From: Camelus dromedarius
Lineage: Eukaryota
Length of the DNA stretch: 64,000 nt
Assembly: GCF_036321535.1 (NCBI RefSeq)
Contig: NC_087436.1
Span: forward strand, 59,956,001 to 60,020,000
Reading direction: 5' to 3'
Shown here: piece after piece, positions 50,451 through 64,000 of the stretch
How the letters are laid out: every line of letters begins with the position of its first letter
Numbering within the stretch: the stretch's first letter is position 1
Made by a program: the position numbers and the translations under genes
Notes under the pieces: model-generated
What the model saw: the letters and a program-made list of their open reading frames with translations, nothing else
Told to the model about the DNA's origin: nothing
Database searches by the model: none

Positions 50451-50992
50451 GAAAGGGTTAAAAATTCAGGTTGCCTAAAAATGAGAAAGGTAGAATAATT
50501 TACCTAGTAGAAGCTAGTAGTAGATTGTTCTACTATTGTCTTGTTTAACTATTTGCAATATTGTTTTCATATAAAAATCAAATGTTAAATTTATTTTTGC
50601 TTAATCTCTAAGAACAAAATAAAAATGAAGAAGAGAAAGGAATGGGAAAGCTTTGTGCGTGATCTGACATCACTAGAGACAAACTAAGATTCTGGATAAG
50701 AACAACCTGACAGACACAAAAGATAAATAAAATTCAAAAGGGAAAACAGAGAAATAGAAACAAAAAAACTGATTCAACCATAGTTGTGAATTAAGTTGTA
50801 AATTCAAATAATATAAAAATTTTTAACTATCTAAAAACCAAAAACTTGAAAATGGCAACAATCCTAAAGAGGATATGGTAAGATAGTTTCCTCATATACA
50901 ACTGTTGGCCTATAATTTTATCTAATCTTCATGACATACAATTTGCCATTATATATCTAGAGAATCAAAATTATGAGCAATTTTTCATTTCA

Positions 50993-51599
50993 AATTCAAA
51001 AAGATACATGCACCCCAAAGTTCATAGCAGCACTGTATAGTAGCCAAGACAGGGAAACAACATAAATGGCCATTGACAGATAACTGGATAAAGAAGTTGT
51101 GGTATATTTATACAATGGAATACCACTCAACAATGAAAAAGAATAAAATAATACCATTTGCAGCAACATGGAGGGACCTGGAGATCGTCGTTCTAAGTGA
51201 AGTAACCCAGAAAGAGAAAGGAAAAATTAAGAAAGAAAGAAAGAATAGATAGGAAAGAAAGAGAAAAGAAAAAAAAAGAGGACACTAATTAATGAACTCA
51301 ACTACAAATCAGAAACAGACTCACAGACTTAGTAAACAATCTTATGGTTACTGGAGTAAAGGGTATAGGAAGGGATAAATTTGGGGGTTTGAGATTTGCA
51401 AGTGATAACCACTATATACAAAAATAGATAAAAACAGATTTCTTCTGTATAGCACAGGGAACTACATTCAATATTTTGTAATAACCTTTAGTAAAAAATA
51501 TGAAAATGAATATATGTATATATGCATGACTGGGACATTATGCTATATACCAGAAATTGGTACATTGTACATGACTATACTTCAATTTAAAAAAAAAAA
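50993..51599 (+). mobile_element. Lineage-specific (camelid/cetartiodactyl) LINE-1 3' end with poly-A, apparently inserted in an older L1ME relic
   Basis: aattcaaaaagatacatgcacccca, tttgcagcaacatggagggacctggagatcgtcgttctaagtgaagtaa, ctgtatagcacagggaacta, gactatacttcaatttaaaaaaaaaaa. Confidence 0.93.
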
Positions 51600-51959
51600 T
51601 TTTTAAGTTCCATTATCTACTCCCTCTTATGAAATTAGAGTGAATTTTTTGGGCAAAAGAGTGCAAATTAAGACATTATAAGAATAAAAGATTAAAAACT
51701 ATCAAAAGACTGACATTAAGCAAATTTCTCCAAAAGTTATTGTACTTTATTTTTGAGACTATAGCATTATTATGAGGAACCTGGCTCTGGATATCAGTCC
51801 ACCTAACTGGATGTGTAGTCCATTGATTTCTTTCAACATATCTTTCAAATATATTCAATAATATTTTAATAAATTATTCAATAACATTTAGTGTGTAAAC
51901 TGTGTGTGAGACACTAAGCTAAGGTTTAGTACTATTGCTGTTATTATGCTATAGATAGG

Positions 51960-52080
51960 AAAGCATTAAAATTTTTAATGTCTTGGTATTATTATGATAA
52001 TAGTTTTGACATCATGAATGTCCAGAAAGGATCTTGGGGGACCTTCAAGAGTCAACTGACCATACTTTAAGAACTATAGG
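51960..52080. mobile_element. hAT-Charlie non-autonomous terminal fragment
   Basis: tattattatgataatagttttgac...gggggacc...gaccatactttaagaact resembles a Charlie/MER5-class terminus. Confidence 0.6.
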
Positions 52081-52279
52081 TCTAAGAAGTAATAATAATT
52101 CCATCTCCTTGGTAGATGAGCCAATGATTAATTTCATCCTTATTGCCAGAGCCCGTGGAATTTATCAAGGGATTTCTTGTCAGACACAAGAGAGAGGGAG
52201 AGAGAGGAAGAAGGGGGCTCCCAAGTTTTTAACAGCCCTTAACAACTGAAGTGCAAACTTAACAGTTGCTTACATGAAT

Positions 52280-52670
52280 ACAAATGAGAAGAACAAACTT
52301 GGGGGAGCTAAGGAGTGAAAAGCAGGAGTTTGGTTTAGGACATATTCCAGGGACCTAACAGACATCCAAGTGAAGATCTCAAGTAAATAGTTAACATATG
52401 CTGTCTGGCGTACAGGAGAGATGTATTGCTGGAGATAGAAAGCTGGGAGTTTTGTGCATTAACCAACACTTAAAGCTATTAGATTGAATGAAATAATTAC
52501 AGGTAGAAGTATAAGCAGAATTGTTTAAAAGTCTAGGAATTGAGACCAAAAACCACGCCAAATATTTAAATAATATGAAGATGAGAAGTACCCCACAAAG
52601 GAGACTTTGAGGTAGACAGAAAAAGAGAAAGTTAGTTTCCTGGAAATCAAATGAATTTAAGGAGGAAGGA
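52280..52670 (-). mobile_element. LINE-2 fragment
   Basis: caggagtttggtttaggacat...agacatccaagtgaagat...caggagag...gctggagataga...tgggag. Confidence 0.75.
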
Positions 52671-53734
52671 AAAATAACTCATATTTATTGAAAGCTTAGT
52701 ATTTTAATACTCAATATTTTTGTTCAACAAAATCCTTAGATATATCTTATGATTTAGAGATGTATTATGCTCTCACTTCACTGGGAAGAAAAAATAACAG
52801 TGTGATTAAATATCTAGTTAAGTTCACAGAGTTAGTGTCAGCACTAGGGTTCAAAAAAGAGGCGTGGCTGATTTCAGAATGTGAGTGATTAATCTCAGAC
52901 AGAAAACCCTATAGGTGATTCTGCATGACAAAAGTTAAGCCCTTCTCTCATTTTTTTTAAACCTAAAAAGGTAAATTTTCTTTATAATTGTCTCTGATTC
53001 AGACTTTATTTAATAAGAAGATTATTACCATAAATACAATGCCATTATTTTAAAAGTCTAATACCTCAGACATTAAATAGTTACTCTACCATGTAATAAT
53101 TCAAATTGCAGTCATTCATTCTTTTCAAACATCATTTTCAGGACCTATTATGTACCAGAACACATTTATTCTCTAGTTATATCTGTGACTGCCAAACCTG
53201 TGGGAGGATGTGGGGATTTCAGAATGAGAAAGGAGAGTTAGCACACAGCACAATCACTGGAGACCAGGATGCACCCAGCGACGTGACAGCTTGGTGGCCA
53301 CAGGCATGTCCTAGTGCTGAAAAGGCTCAAATGGGAAGGCATCTAGACTCAGCTGTCGGAAGCTAGTGGAAGGACTTAAAAAAATTCAGATTTTAGCAGA
53401 GAGGGGAAGTATCCTTGTTAGCCATATACATTTACCACTGATTTATTAAAGTTACCCTGGAGGCAAAAACAAATGTTGTTTATTTCAATTAGATCATAAG
53501 TACTGAGACGGGGTAACTACTAACCCAGGAGTATTGGATGACACTAACTTGGAAGATCAGTGAAGACTAAGTCACCATGAGTGTTACACTCATAAATGTA
53601 ACCAAATCACTATTATTTTCTTTCTTACACATTCTCTTGGTACAGAAAGAAAGATTTCTAAATTTCCATCTCCATCTAATTCCTGCTAGATTGATAGGAT
53701 TTTAGAAACTTAAATCTTGTGAAAAACAGTGAGT

Positions 53735-54023
53735 AAGAAAAATACCATATGATATCACTTATACATGGAACCTATTTAAAAGAAGGAAAAAAAGACACAA
53801 ATGAACTTATTTACAAAGCAGAGACAGACTGACAGACATAAAAAACAAACTTACAGTTACCAGAGGGGAAAAGGGGTGGGAAGGGATGAATTAGGAGCTC
53901 AGGATTCATAGACACTAACTACTATACATAAAACAGATAAACAATGAGGTCCTACTGTATAGCACAGGGAACTATATTCAACACCTTGTAATGGCCTATA
54001 ATGAAAAAAGAATATGAAAAGGA

Positions 54024-54081
<58 letters not shown>

Positions 54082-54157
54082 GTAGAAGTGAATCACTATG
54101 CTATATATCAGAATTTAACGCAACATTGTAAATCGAATATACTTCAATAAAAAAAAG
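53735..54157 (+). mobile_element. Lineage-specific LINE-1 3' UTR fragment with poly-A
   Basis: aaataccatatgatatcacttata, aatgaacttatttacaaa, aggtcctactgtatagcacagggaactatattcaa, tatacttcaataaaaaaaa. Confidence 0.93.
54024..54081. repeat. Compound (TA)n(CA)n(TA)n microsatellite inside the L1 3' UTR
   Basis: Read directly. Confidence 0.93.
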
Positions 54158-57100
54158 GATAAAAGAAGCCATGAAGAGATTTAAAAAGAAAAATGAAACT
54201 GAGTAGGAAATAAACATGGGATTTCATTATTTTATCATCTTCTGAGCTATCAGTGACGGGAGACTTTTCCCACACTTGGACCCTCCAGTGTACTATTCCT
54301 ACCAAAGTGAGGCCCTGGTGGAGTTTTCCTAGAAATTTATAGAACACATTCTAAAGATGAATCATGTGGCTTTTATGTTATTCATTCTTTGTCACTATAC
54401 TAATTCTTTTACAGAGTTAGTCAGTACAATATAACTTTAACTTCACTAACAGCTGAGATTTAAAATAAATAAATCATTTTTTACTTTTTTTTCTTACTTT
54501 TCTTCCCAGACTGAGCTGTTAGGAGTAGACGTCTATGTTGTAGTGACAGTACTTTTAGTCATCACCCTTAATTTATGGTCCTGTCATCACATTTGGCTAC
54601 ATATAAGCACAGACAAGTTAACTTGACAGTTTCCTAAAAGGAAGAGTTTCGGGGTGTTATCTATTTGTTTGCTTTTATAAATTACATCAAATGGCACACT
54701 AACATCGGTAAAGAGGACACTACTGGATAGCTGTGGTTTCCAGTTGCGCTCTTGTCCTTTAGGCACAGAGTGCTCTGCCCAGGACTCTTACGCTCCCACA
54801 GCTCACAGCTATTCATTTAGACAGTTAGATTCTTATGACTGTTTCCTATTTCTTCCTCTATTTATACATTTATTTCACTGGGGAGTAGAGTTAGATACTC
54901 GAGTGGATTTAGATAATAAAGCATGTAATTTCTAGAAAATCATTACTTCCTTCAGGCTAAGTAAAGATCTAAAAAGAAACATAAATCATTTATCTTTGTA
55001 AACTGAACCTTCAGTGAAATTAAAAACAAGCCATCAGTTTTGTCTTTTTTAAAAATTGGTGTTTAACCTGAGAAAAAATCAGCTCCAAGGATTCTCTTCC
55101 TCAATTTCACAATTTTTATACCAATTTTCCATCCCTTACTCCCTCCTGGGAAATTTAAACTATTGAAATGTGAGGATTTAGGAAATCCTCCTTTCTTTAA
55201 GTCAGCATCACAGAGATAATGTAAAAAGTCCATAAACATATTTCCTTAAAATTATAAAAAATTCCACGAGTTCTATTTTATTATTTCCACTCATAATGTA
55301 CTCTCAAGTTTTCTTCTTGATTTTTTCTTCTACAAAAGAGATCATCTTCTCCTTAACCACTTTTACTTAGCATAAGTTTAGATTTATTCATGTAATAAAG
55401 CATGAAAAACATTATTTCCATTTCTAATATTTTTTAATGCTCACTTGAATTTCTGCTATTAGTGAAACTTGTTTTCATTATCACAGGAGTATTAAAAATA
55501 TCTTCAAATCCTTCACTACTCAGGAAACACTGCAAAGGGTTTCCTAATGAAGTTCTCTAAAGCCAAAGTGTCAGGTACCAAAGATCACCTTGTTATTCAT
55601 TCATCAGTAATTAAACACACAACACACCCACATTTATTATAGAATCAGTTAAATCCCTTGTGGGGAAAAGCAGGTTGCAAATACTTAAATATAGGAACAA
55701 CATACTTCACTGTGAGAAAAAAAAATCTTGAAAAAAAAGTTGCTGCATGGTGTTCACAGCTGGTGAATTTTACTTTGCTTCTAAAGCAGTGACATTCCTG
55801 AAACACTAACCAGTGTGCCTGTTAAAATATTTAAACATTCAAATCCCTGAGAGTCAGTAAGAACTGTCAATAAAGCTGGAATTAGCTATGTGATGTATTT
55901 TAATTTACATATGCCTTTAAGAGTACTAAGGTAATGTGGATTGATTTCCTTTTTGATGAATTTCACTGAGTTTGTACTGAAGATTTAAATGCATACATAC
56001 TCTATACTCACAAAGGCAGAAATCTCCTTGAAAATACATTTTGACATTGTCACAAGTGATTTTTACCTCCTTTTTACATTTTTCATCTTTTTTGTATGGT
56101 TAGGATCATGTTTTTCCCTAGTGAGAATACATCTGAAATAGAAATTCAAATGTTAGAGGTAACTTGATATGTAAATATTCATTTTCACAATTTATCACAA
56201 ATTCATTTAATGTATCAAGTAAGTCCAAATTGTAACTGTAATCCCATTCATTTACACAAAGAAGAAAATGACAGTTGAAACCCTCTTTGAAAATATACCA
56301 GAAAGAAAGTATAATTAAATGACAACTACTATGAGTATTTAAATTTTTCCTAAAATGTATCCAGGACTTGGACTGTTTGAAAGGTATCTGCTGCATTCAT
56401 TCATCCATCTTCTTTTCTCATGGAATTCCCAGTTGATTTCCAAGACTTGTTCCATAAAGACTGGAATGTTCCTGATCCTTCCCATCCCTGGACATTGGAA
56501 CTGATTATGTCTTCTTTATGTTTTCATAGAATGTTTTTTGGTTTTCATTTAATGATTGATTCACTCTCCTATTCTATATAAGAATTAAACTTGAGACAGT
56601 ACAGATCTTTGTTAAACATACACTGTCAAATGAAGTGAAATATAAAACAATAATTGTACAATAATGAAGTTTATTTACTCTGACCCTTACTATCTTCATT
56701 CCAACTAAAGAATTAAAAATCACAGATCTGCCAAACATAAAGATGATGTTGGTGCTTAAATTTTGACAAGCCACAAAGTCTCTATCAATATGATAAATAT
56801 ATTGTTGTTTTGTACTATTGGAATAATAAAGTCTTTATCTGCTTCTATCCCTTAAAATATAATAATTCATTTCCCTCACATCAAGTTACTAAGAGCAGTT
56901 TGACAATTTGCACATAGTTTTCTGATAGCATTTTCCAAATCCCACGTGTTAATTCAAACCCTCTTCATAAATACTGTTTTTTTTAATTCTTGGGACTAAA
57001 ATAAATAGGCTATAATAATAGTAGCATATTTTCCTGAAATGTAAAAATCCCTTATATCTCATATTATCTATGATTATAAAGATTACATGGGAAAACTTCT

Positions 57101-57329
57101 CACATTTTACACATGTAGTTTACTAATTCAAATGCCTTTCTTCTGATGGATTATCAACAGATCTGTGTCATCAAAACAGCATTTCATATGAACCAATGAT
57201 CCTGGGTCCTTATAATAACGTAAGGATGCCCTCAACGGCAATGTGGGGGACATCTTTTATATTTTATTTTTGAGCCTAATGTCTCTGAATGTGAATATTA
57301 AACAATTTTTTAAAACAGTATTATTTTCT

Positions 57330-58572
57330 TTTCATTAACAGACTATTTTTGGAACAGTTTTACATTTACAGAAAAATAAGCAGAGTTGCTCTATTTCCCC
57401 CCTACATACAAGTCACCCTATTATTAATATGTTATAGCAGTACAGTACCTCTGTTACAATTAATGAACTAATTAATACGTTATTATCAACTCAAGGATAC
57501 TATATCAACTAAAGTTTACTCAGATTTCTTTAGTTTTTACCTAATGCTCTTTTTCTGTTTCAGGATACTACATGACATTTAGTTGTCATGTCTCCTGTGA
57601 TACTATGATTTACAGTAAGAAATAAGTATTTAGTCTTTGTCTCCATTTCTGGCACAGAGCTCCTAAAACCCTGGGAATTTCTTAAGTGAGGAGAGTGATC
57701 AAGTTGTCTTTTGTTATGTTAATGAGGTGACTTTGGGATGCCCCTAAATCACCTGATAGGCCCTGCTAACCAGAGGAAACAACCATGTGATTCAAGGGTT
57801 AGAATTTTCAGTCCCACCTCTCTGATCTCCGCAGAGGGGAGAAGGTTTGGAGGTTGAATCAACAGCCAATAGCTAATGATTCAATCATTCCTATGTAGTG
57901 AAGCCTCTACAAAAACCCAAAAAGACAGGGTTCAGAGAGCTTCCAGGTGGGGAACCAGAGTGCTTCTATGTGCCCCCATGCCAGGGCCCAAGCTTCACCA
58001 GAGCAGAAGATCCTTTGTTCAGAACCTCGCCCTATGAATCTCTTCGTCTGGTTGCTGATTCATATCCTTTAATATCTTTGGTAATATACTGATACTCTGG
58101 TGAATCAACAGCTTTCTGTGAGCTGTTCTAACAAATTAATTAAACCCAAGCAGGGGGTCATGGGAACCTCTGATTTATACTCAGTTGGTAAGAAGTACAG
58201 AAAACAACCTGGACTTGGAACTCACATCCTGAGTCAAAAGATTCCTTGGAACCTCCAGTCTGTAGCCTTTTTATCAGAAGCACAGGTAACCTGGGCTTGT
58301 GATTGGATTCTAAAGTGGAAGGCAGTCTTGTGGGACAGAGCCCTTTACCTGTGGACTCTGATTCTCTCTCTGGATATTTTCATGACAACATATCACATCA
58401 TATCAACTGTACAGTGTTTGTTAGTTTTCTCTACTATAATAGTATTGTGGGTTTTTTTTCACCCTTTACTGTATTCCTTGAAAAGAACTCATTATGTGTA
58501 GCCTATACTTATGGGGTGGGAAGTTATGCTCCCCTCCTTTAGGGCAAAGTATTTATATAACTTACTTGGAGC
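57330..58572 (-). mobile_element. L1MC-type 3' region, split by a MER21 LTR (pieces about 57330-57596 and 58380-58572)
   Basis: gactattttttggaacagttttacatttacagaaaa, tttactcagatttctttagtttttacctaatg, acatttagttgtcatgtctcc; after the LTR, ggggtgggaagttatgctccc...gtatttatataacttacttgga. Confidence 0.82.
57597..58375 (+). mobile_element. MER21-type LTR, 3'-truncated
   Basis: tgtgatact...ttctggcacagagctcctaaaaccctgggaatttc, aaccatgtgatt...agggttagaattttcagtcccacc, gggttcagagagcttccaggt, gcagtcttgtgggacagagccctt. Confidence 0.88.
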
Positions 58573-61500
58573 AAATGATAATTTTTAATAAATAAAGATT
58601 TATTTCCTATTAAAGAAAACAAGAATTTGCTATCAACTTAATTCTGTGTGTTAATTTATTCTATTCCACTTGCTATATTTCAAATATGACTTTTATTTTT
58701 CTAGAGCAATTTGGTAAATGAAAATGAGGACATTATTTTTCTTCATCCAAAAGCCATCTGACAAGATAGTTAATACTCTAGCAAATCTCTGTATAAATGA
58801 AATTTGCTTTGTAACAAACACGGTATGATTAAAGAGAAGTATATACAGTTATAGATTGATTTTTTTCATACAATATATTTGAAATGCCTCATAATCTGTA
58901 ATTATTCTCAGGGATTTCCACTCAAACATTCTCATGGATCACTGAATTGTATCTTAATATTTTTATAACAATAATATTTATATAAAGATAAACCTTTTAA
59001 TCATATTTTATAACAAATTCATGCATTCATTTATCCATTGCTTAATCCTATCTCTCTCTTCCCTCTCCTGCCACCCCTTCCCTTCTCTCCCCCCGCCAAG
59101 ACACACACACATTTACTCACTCAACCATTTCTGTTCTAAACAAAATCATAGCATCCTTATGGGAACAGAGTATATACATTTCTTTACCACAGTCTCTGAG
59201 CATGTTTTAAAAAGCTATTCATTAGACCCTATTTATTTATAATGCACAAAATAAAACACTGACTTAACAACAAAATAAAACAGAGTTCAATTTGATTCAC
59301 CTTATGCACACAATTTCACTTCTATGTAAATTTTCCTAAAATATATTTATTCACAGTTTTTTTATTCTTTAATAACCACAGAAATTTAAATGCATGCTTT
59401 TTGTTATTAATTCCCAAATTTTCATGAGATAGGCAGCCTCCTGATAGCTTTGGTATTAGGAGAAAGATTTAAATCATATTCAGCATCTGTTTAATTTTGC
59501 AAATACTAAGCTAAAGAAGATCTACCATAGGATGAGCAGCATTCGTATGCAGGCATCAGAGGCTCCACTTATTACTAATTAATGACCAAATGTGTGAGAA
59601 TAAATTCAAAGGCCCATGGTAAGACCATCCATGTGTTTCTAGATAAACCAGATAAACCAGAGGCATCTCCTAAAGTAAATACATGTGAGACACGTGTCAT
59701 AAAGTATTTCTTCTAGGAGTACATTCTCTGGCTGCAAGCTTGTTTTGCCATTAACAAAGAACTATATTTAAGACATCATTTTGACATTCTGACTTTCATA
59801 TTATTTACTTAATATTTTACTATATTGAAAATAAATATATATTTTTAATATAATTCTGTTACTCACTACATGCATCAAAGAATTTCCTTTTTTGTTGCTG
59901 GAGGAAGAGAAAGATATGGGCTACAGAAAGATGGTAAAGTAGAAGGAGGGAAATAAAAAGGACAGATTTAGCTGTGAAATTCTGCTTAATAAACTAACTG
60001 CATTTTGCATAATAACTTAACGCTTTTGTATTCTTAGCAAATATATCCATCTCCAGAGGAGTACTGAAAATATAAAAGATGGAAAGGAAAAATTAAAATT
60101 AGATTAGCAAATGCATCTGTAACACTTGTTTGATTTAGAACCTATGGGTATCACATCTGCAAACTGTGTCAGGCAGGACCTGTCAGTACTGAAAACCTGG
60201 CTAATAAAACAGAACTGTAGGTATGTCTTTTAGAGAAATGAGTTTCTGTTCCTGGTGGCTATAATAAAACTAGATTGCAAAATGGGGCTGATTAAAATTA
60301 CATTTTAATCATTAAGAGTGTAGTTCGCTTTATTCTAGAAAAACAAAAGTCTCATCATGACTCAAAGCTCAAAATTAGCACATGTAAATACATATTACTT
60401 AATATAAGTAAAATTAAATTTAAAATACAATTGGGATTTCAGATCTACATTCGATCTTGTGTAAATACCTTTAAGATCATAGAGTTGATAAAGAAAAACC
60501 CTTGCTTAAATTCTTGTTCAAATTGTTGTCTCCTTTCCACTGGGCATTTGATCATGTTTCATAAAAATACTCACTATAGCTTGGGACTATAGCTGTTGGA
60601 TAAAGTCAACCACAGATTTTTAAAAGATGTCATTAAAGTGTGTTATATTACATTACCTAGATTCATGATCATTTAATAAGCTTTAACTTTATATTGTAAT
60701 TTATAAAATTCATTAATGTTATTAGAATATATATCCAAAAGATTAACACAAATTCTATGTTCCATTTTTTTTACAAGTTAGATGATGCCAAGTAAGTCAC
60801 TCTATGCATGGATTTAAATTTCCTCGTATATAAAGATTATTGGATTAGAACATATCTAAGTTTCCTTTTTTTTTATAAAATAATATCTTTTTAAATAACT
60901 TTAGTAATTTTTGCCCTAATTCTCCAGTGTTAGAGAAGAAAAATCCTCAAAGAAGAGCAACTGAACTAGGAAAATTGTTTATATTAGTTACAACTAGAGT
61001 GAAAAATATAAATACAGCTTTGGCTGCTAGACAAAATATGGCCCTTAACATTTACAAATTGCCTACTGTCTGGTTAGAAAGTAAACTGATTTTGACAATT
61101 ACTGACTTTTAAAGATTTGCACTTGAAGTTTATTTTTGCTTTCTGTAGATATATTATTTTCTTATTCCACAAAGACATTTTAAAATATTTTAAAAATAAT
61201 TATCTAGAATTTTTTGGACATTTTCATTGAGAAAATTGCTCAGAACAACTTAAAAATAATTCTGTTAGAAATAGAAGCACAGAGTTATTCAGAAAATCAT
61301 ATTGCCGAGTCCCAATTCATAGAATTATCATTTTGGACCAATATTTTATGAAGATTTTTATTGATATATACCATTAGGGTCATATATTTGAAGTTAACAA
61401 GTTATCTATTTATTCAAATAGTTACATATTTATTTTATTTTATAGCAAAAGTCAAAAACAAAGTCTTACTTTGATTTTGCCTATTTAAAAACACATGAGA

Positions 61501-61999
61501 AAAAAGAAAAATAGTAACAGGATTAAAAATTGTATATATAATTTACAAGTAATCTTTGCTTTTGAAAGGCCAGTCTAGCCCTCTATTAATTTTCAGATAT
61601 ATGTACATATTTACTTCTTTATTATTAATTCCTGCTCATAGAATGACTCCTTACCTGAGCCTTTATTGCACTTTATTTAAATAAGTTTAAATAAATAACC
61701 TCTCCTGAAGCCTGTCCTACCTACTGCAGCCCACAGAAAGATCTCTTCCCCTAAACATAATGTCTTATATTTATTCAGCCCTTATCATCATTGCTGAGAA
61801 TTACACTTATTTTTTCCTGAGCACATATTGACTCTTCAAACAGATCAGTGCTTTTTAGATCTTATTTTAGCAGCTGAACACTGATAGTTAATAAAAGGAA
61901 AGAACATTTCAGGATGAGAAAACAGCACTTGAAAGATCATACAGGTGAGAGAGAATGTGGTTCACTCAAGTCACTCATTTAGTGCCATTTATTCCCTAC

Positions 62000-62560
62000 T
62001 TTGCCAAAGCATGTTAGGTTTCCTGGAATTTCTCCAGTGTGCCACACTTTCCTCTAAGAATTCCAATCTGTTAAACCATTTCCCTCACCTCACTAAACAC
62101 TCATTATCCTTCATATAAAAACTTAAATGTTTTTCTCAGGAAGTCTTTTCTTGCCACCAAAATTGCTATATCCTTCCACTGCACACTGCTTTTCTTCTTC
62201 CTTAACAATCATTTAAAAATAGAATTTGCCCATTAGGCCATATGCTACATAGTCCATGTTTGCTACCATAATCTTAGGGCTGATAGTACACCTTCATTAA
62301 ATATTTGCTGGAAGTCAATCTTAGCGTGTAGAAAAAGTGGTGAGTATTGAAGCTTGGGAACTTTGTAAGTCATGTTAATAAAATTGAAATTTATAATGAA
62401 GGTAATAGGGAATATCGAAAGTTTTAAAAAATATGTTCAGTGACCAATATCAGGTTGTCATGTCAGAATATCTCATGGGCAATGTGGAGAATGGATAAGA
62501 GGTCAAACTTAAAGCAGGAGACAAGCATATGTAAGGAGAGAGACAAGATTAGTCCTCTGG
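62000..62560. mobile_element. LINE-2 fragments in both orientations
   Basis: Plus: cactcattatccttca...ttctcaggaagtctttt...ttcattaaatatttgctg. Minus: tttgtaagtcatgttaataaaattgaaattta...gcaatgtggagaatggat. Confidence 0.55.
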
Positions 62561-62982
62561 CAGGAGTTACGATAATGTAGTTGGGAGAGCCCTGTTTTTG
62601 TTGGGAAATGCTCTGCTAAACCATTTTAGAAGATGGAGTCCGTGCCCATAAACCAGCTGACACCTTGCCTGGAGAGTAGCCTGTAGATCTGCTTTGCATG
62701 AATTAAAGAAGGGAAGAGGGAAAATCAGCCAGAATTTGGAGAATGTGGCTGTAGGGAAAAAAGTGAAGAAAGTCCAGAAAAGAGAGCCAAATGAAACTCT
62801 TGAATACACTATTTACTTTCTCTCTCACGGGAACTAGATGATTACTTCACCTTGACTCCAAAATCTGAAATGAAGTCAACATTAGTCACGAAAGTTTTTA
62901 TTTGATAGAAAAATTCTGTGCAGTGGGTAAGAGATGAAAAACTGAACAAGAACCTGAGATCTGCATCAAGGTTGGCACTGGG

Positions 62983-63014
62983 ACAAAAAAAACAAAAACA
63001 AAAACAAAAACAAA
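62983..63014. repeat. (CAAAAA)n A-rich repeat
   Basis: Read directly. Confidence 0.85.
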
Positions 63015-64000
63015 GATGGCACCAATGGACACTGGGGCCAGAGAAAGGGCCTTAAAAACCAAGGGGGCAACTTACAGTTAGAGGAAAAGTGATGCTGGCC
63101 CTAATAAAGGCTGAAACAGAAATTGTGGAGAGAAAGGTGTAGAATCAAGAATATCTAAAAAGTAGAAACAATTAAAGCTAGTGACACTTAGTTTCAATTT
63201 TTTTAGTCTACATGATGCTGGTGTCATTCATCAGGCAATGAAAGAGAGAACAAATAAAAAGGCAGGGAGAATAAGGTTATTCTTGAATCCATTAAATCTA
63301 AAGCATATAACTGCATTGAATAAAATTGCTACTGGCCTGTTAAATACATATATCAATACATCGTGAGAGAGATTTGAAATGGAGGGAGAGACTTTGGGTT
63401 CAATATTTCTAACTGATGGTTGAAGTTGAGTTCTCTTATTTTCACAGAGTGATAAAAATGTAGAGAGACAAAAATGTAATCCTTAGTAACAGAAATCTCT
63501 TCTCTCAAGGGTAGTGTTTTTTATATGTGAGGATAATGAAGACAGGTAGGGCTAGGAAAAAATATAAATGCATGGATAAGCACAAAATAAAACATGCTAG
63601 ATATCTCATGTATACAAGTAGAGAATTATGAGTACTGGAGTTAGTACCATACTGAAGAAGATAAATGCTTTACCTCAAAATAATAAAACACTGTAAAAGC
63701 AAATATGATTCTGTTAAGCAAACCAGAATTGGGGGGGAGGTATTCTGGATTCTTTAAACGGAGGAGATCTGAAGTCAAAGATACACAGGTTGATACTTCT
63801 TCCCTATGAGTCTCTCAGATTCCTATTTTTTCTTATCTAAAACATTTTTTTTTAATTTAAGACACATTATACATAACTCTAAAAAAGAAAAACAAAATTG
63901 CTGTCAATCTAGGACACAATGCTGAAATATCTTAATTATGAACACATCAGCATCAGAGATACTAAAATGTGAAATAATGTGAATTTTTAAATCATTAAAA

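Larger units (their letters stand above)
30099..64000 (-). other. CCSER1: Intron upstream of the exon (phase 1), continues beyond the window end
   Basis: Ends with CAG at 30101-30099. No preceding CCSER1 exon was recognised up to 64000. Confidence 0.8.

Noticed and set aside
57898..58542. ORFs up to 133 aa and an internal repeat (ggaacctc...agaag.acag twice)
   Set aside because: They lie within the MER21 LTR/L1MC junction, so they are repeat-derived and non-coding.
1..64000. CRISPR arrays, operons, rRNA/tRNA genes, mitochondrial insertions, a recognisable processed pseudogene, or a full CpG-island promoter
   Set aside because: None seen. The window reads as eukaryotic intron and the short ORFs are consistent with chance.

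Overview
AT-rich mammalian genomic DNA, most likely camelid, judged from a camelid-type tRNA-derived SINE at about 37.3 kb and cetartiodactyl/camelid-type L1 3' ends. The window appears to lie inside one very large gene on the minus strand. It holds a single 121-nt internal coding exon (30098->29978) encoding (V)CREDSYHSVVSCAAVVLTPMEPTIEMKKREELKFPEPSK(Q), which I recognise from memory as CCSER1/FAM190A, probably exon 5. The supplied ORF track misses this exon, and nearly all listed ORFs look spurious or repeat-derived. The rest is intron filled with L1, L2, L3/CR1, MIR, MaLR/ERVL/MER21 LTRs, Tigger and hAT relics and microsatellites. Repeat subfamily names come from visual recall of consensus sequences, so they and most repeat boundaries are approximate. 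I see no prokaryotic-type system, CRISPR array or RNA gene, and I cannot claim a new biological system. The best leads are a frame-preserving 24-nt microexon candidate with a UGC motif (42508-42531), a decayed PIF/Harbinger-like transposase motif (about 240-410), a 2.1-kb GC/CpG-enriched block (19.3-21.45 kb), an unassigned coding-like fossil ending in an X-box-like motif (11.8-12.66 kb), a recursive-splice-like CAG|GTGAGT site (16185/16184) and an old local duplication (2.37/3.48 kb).
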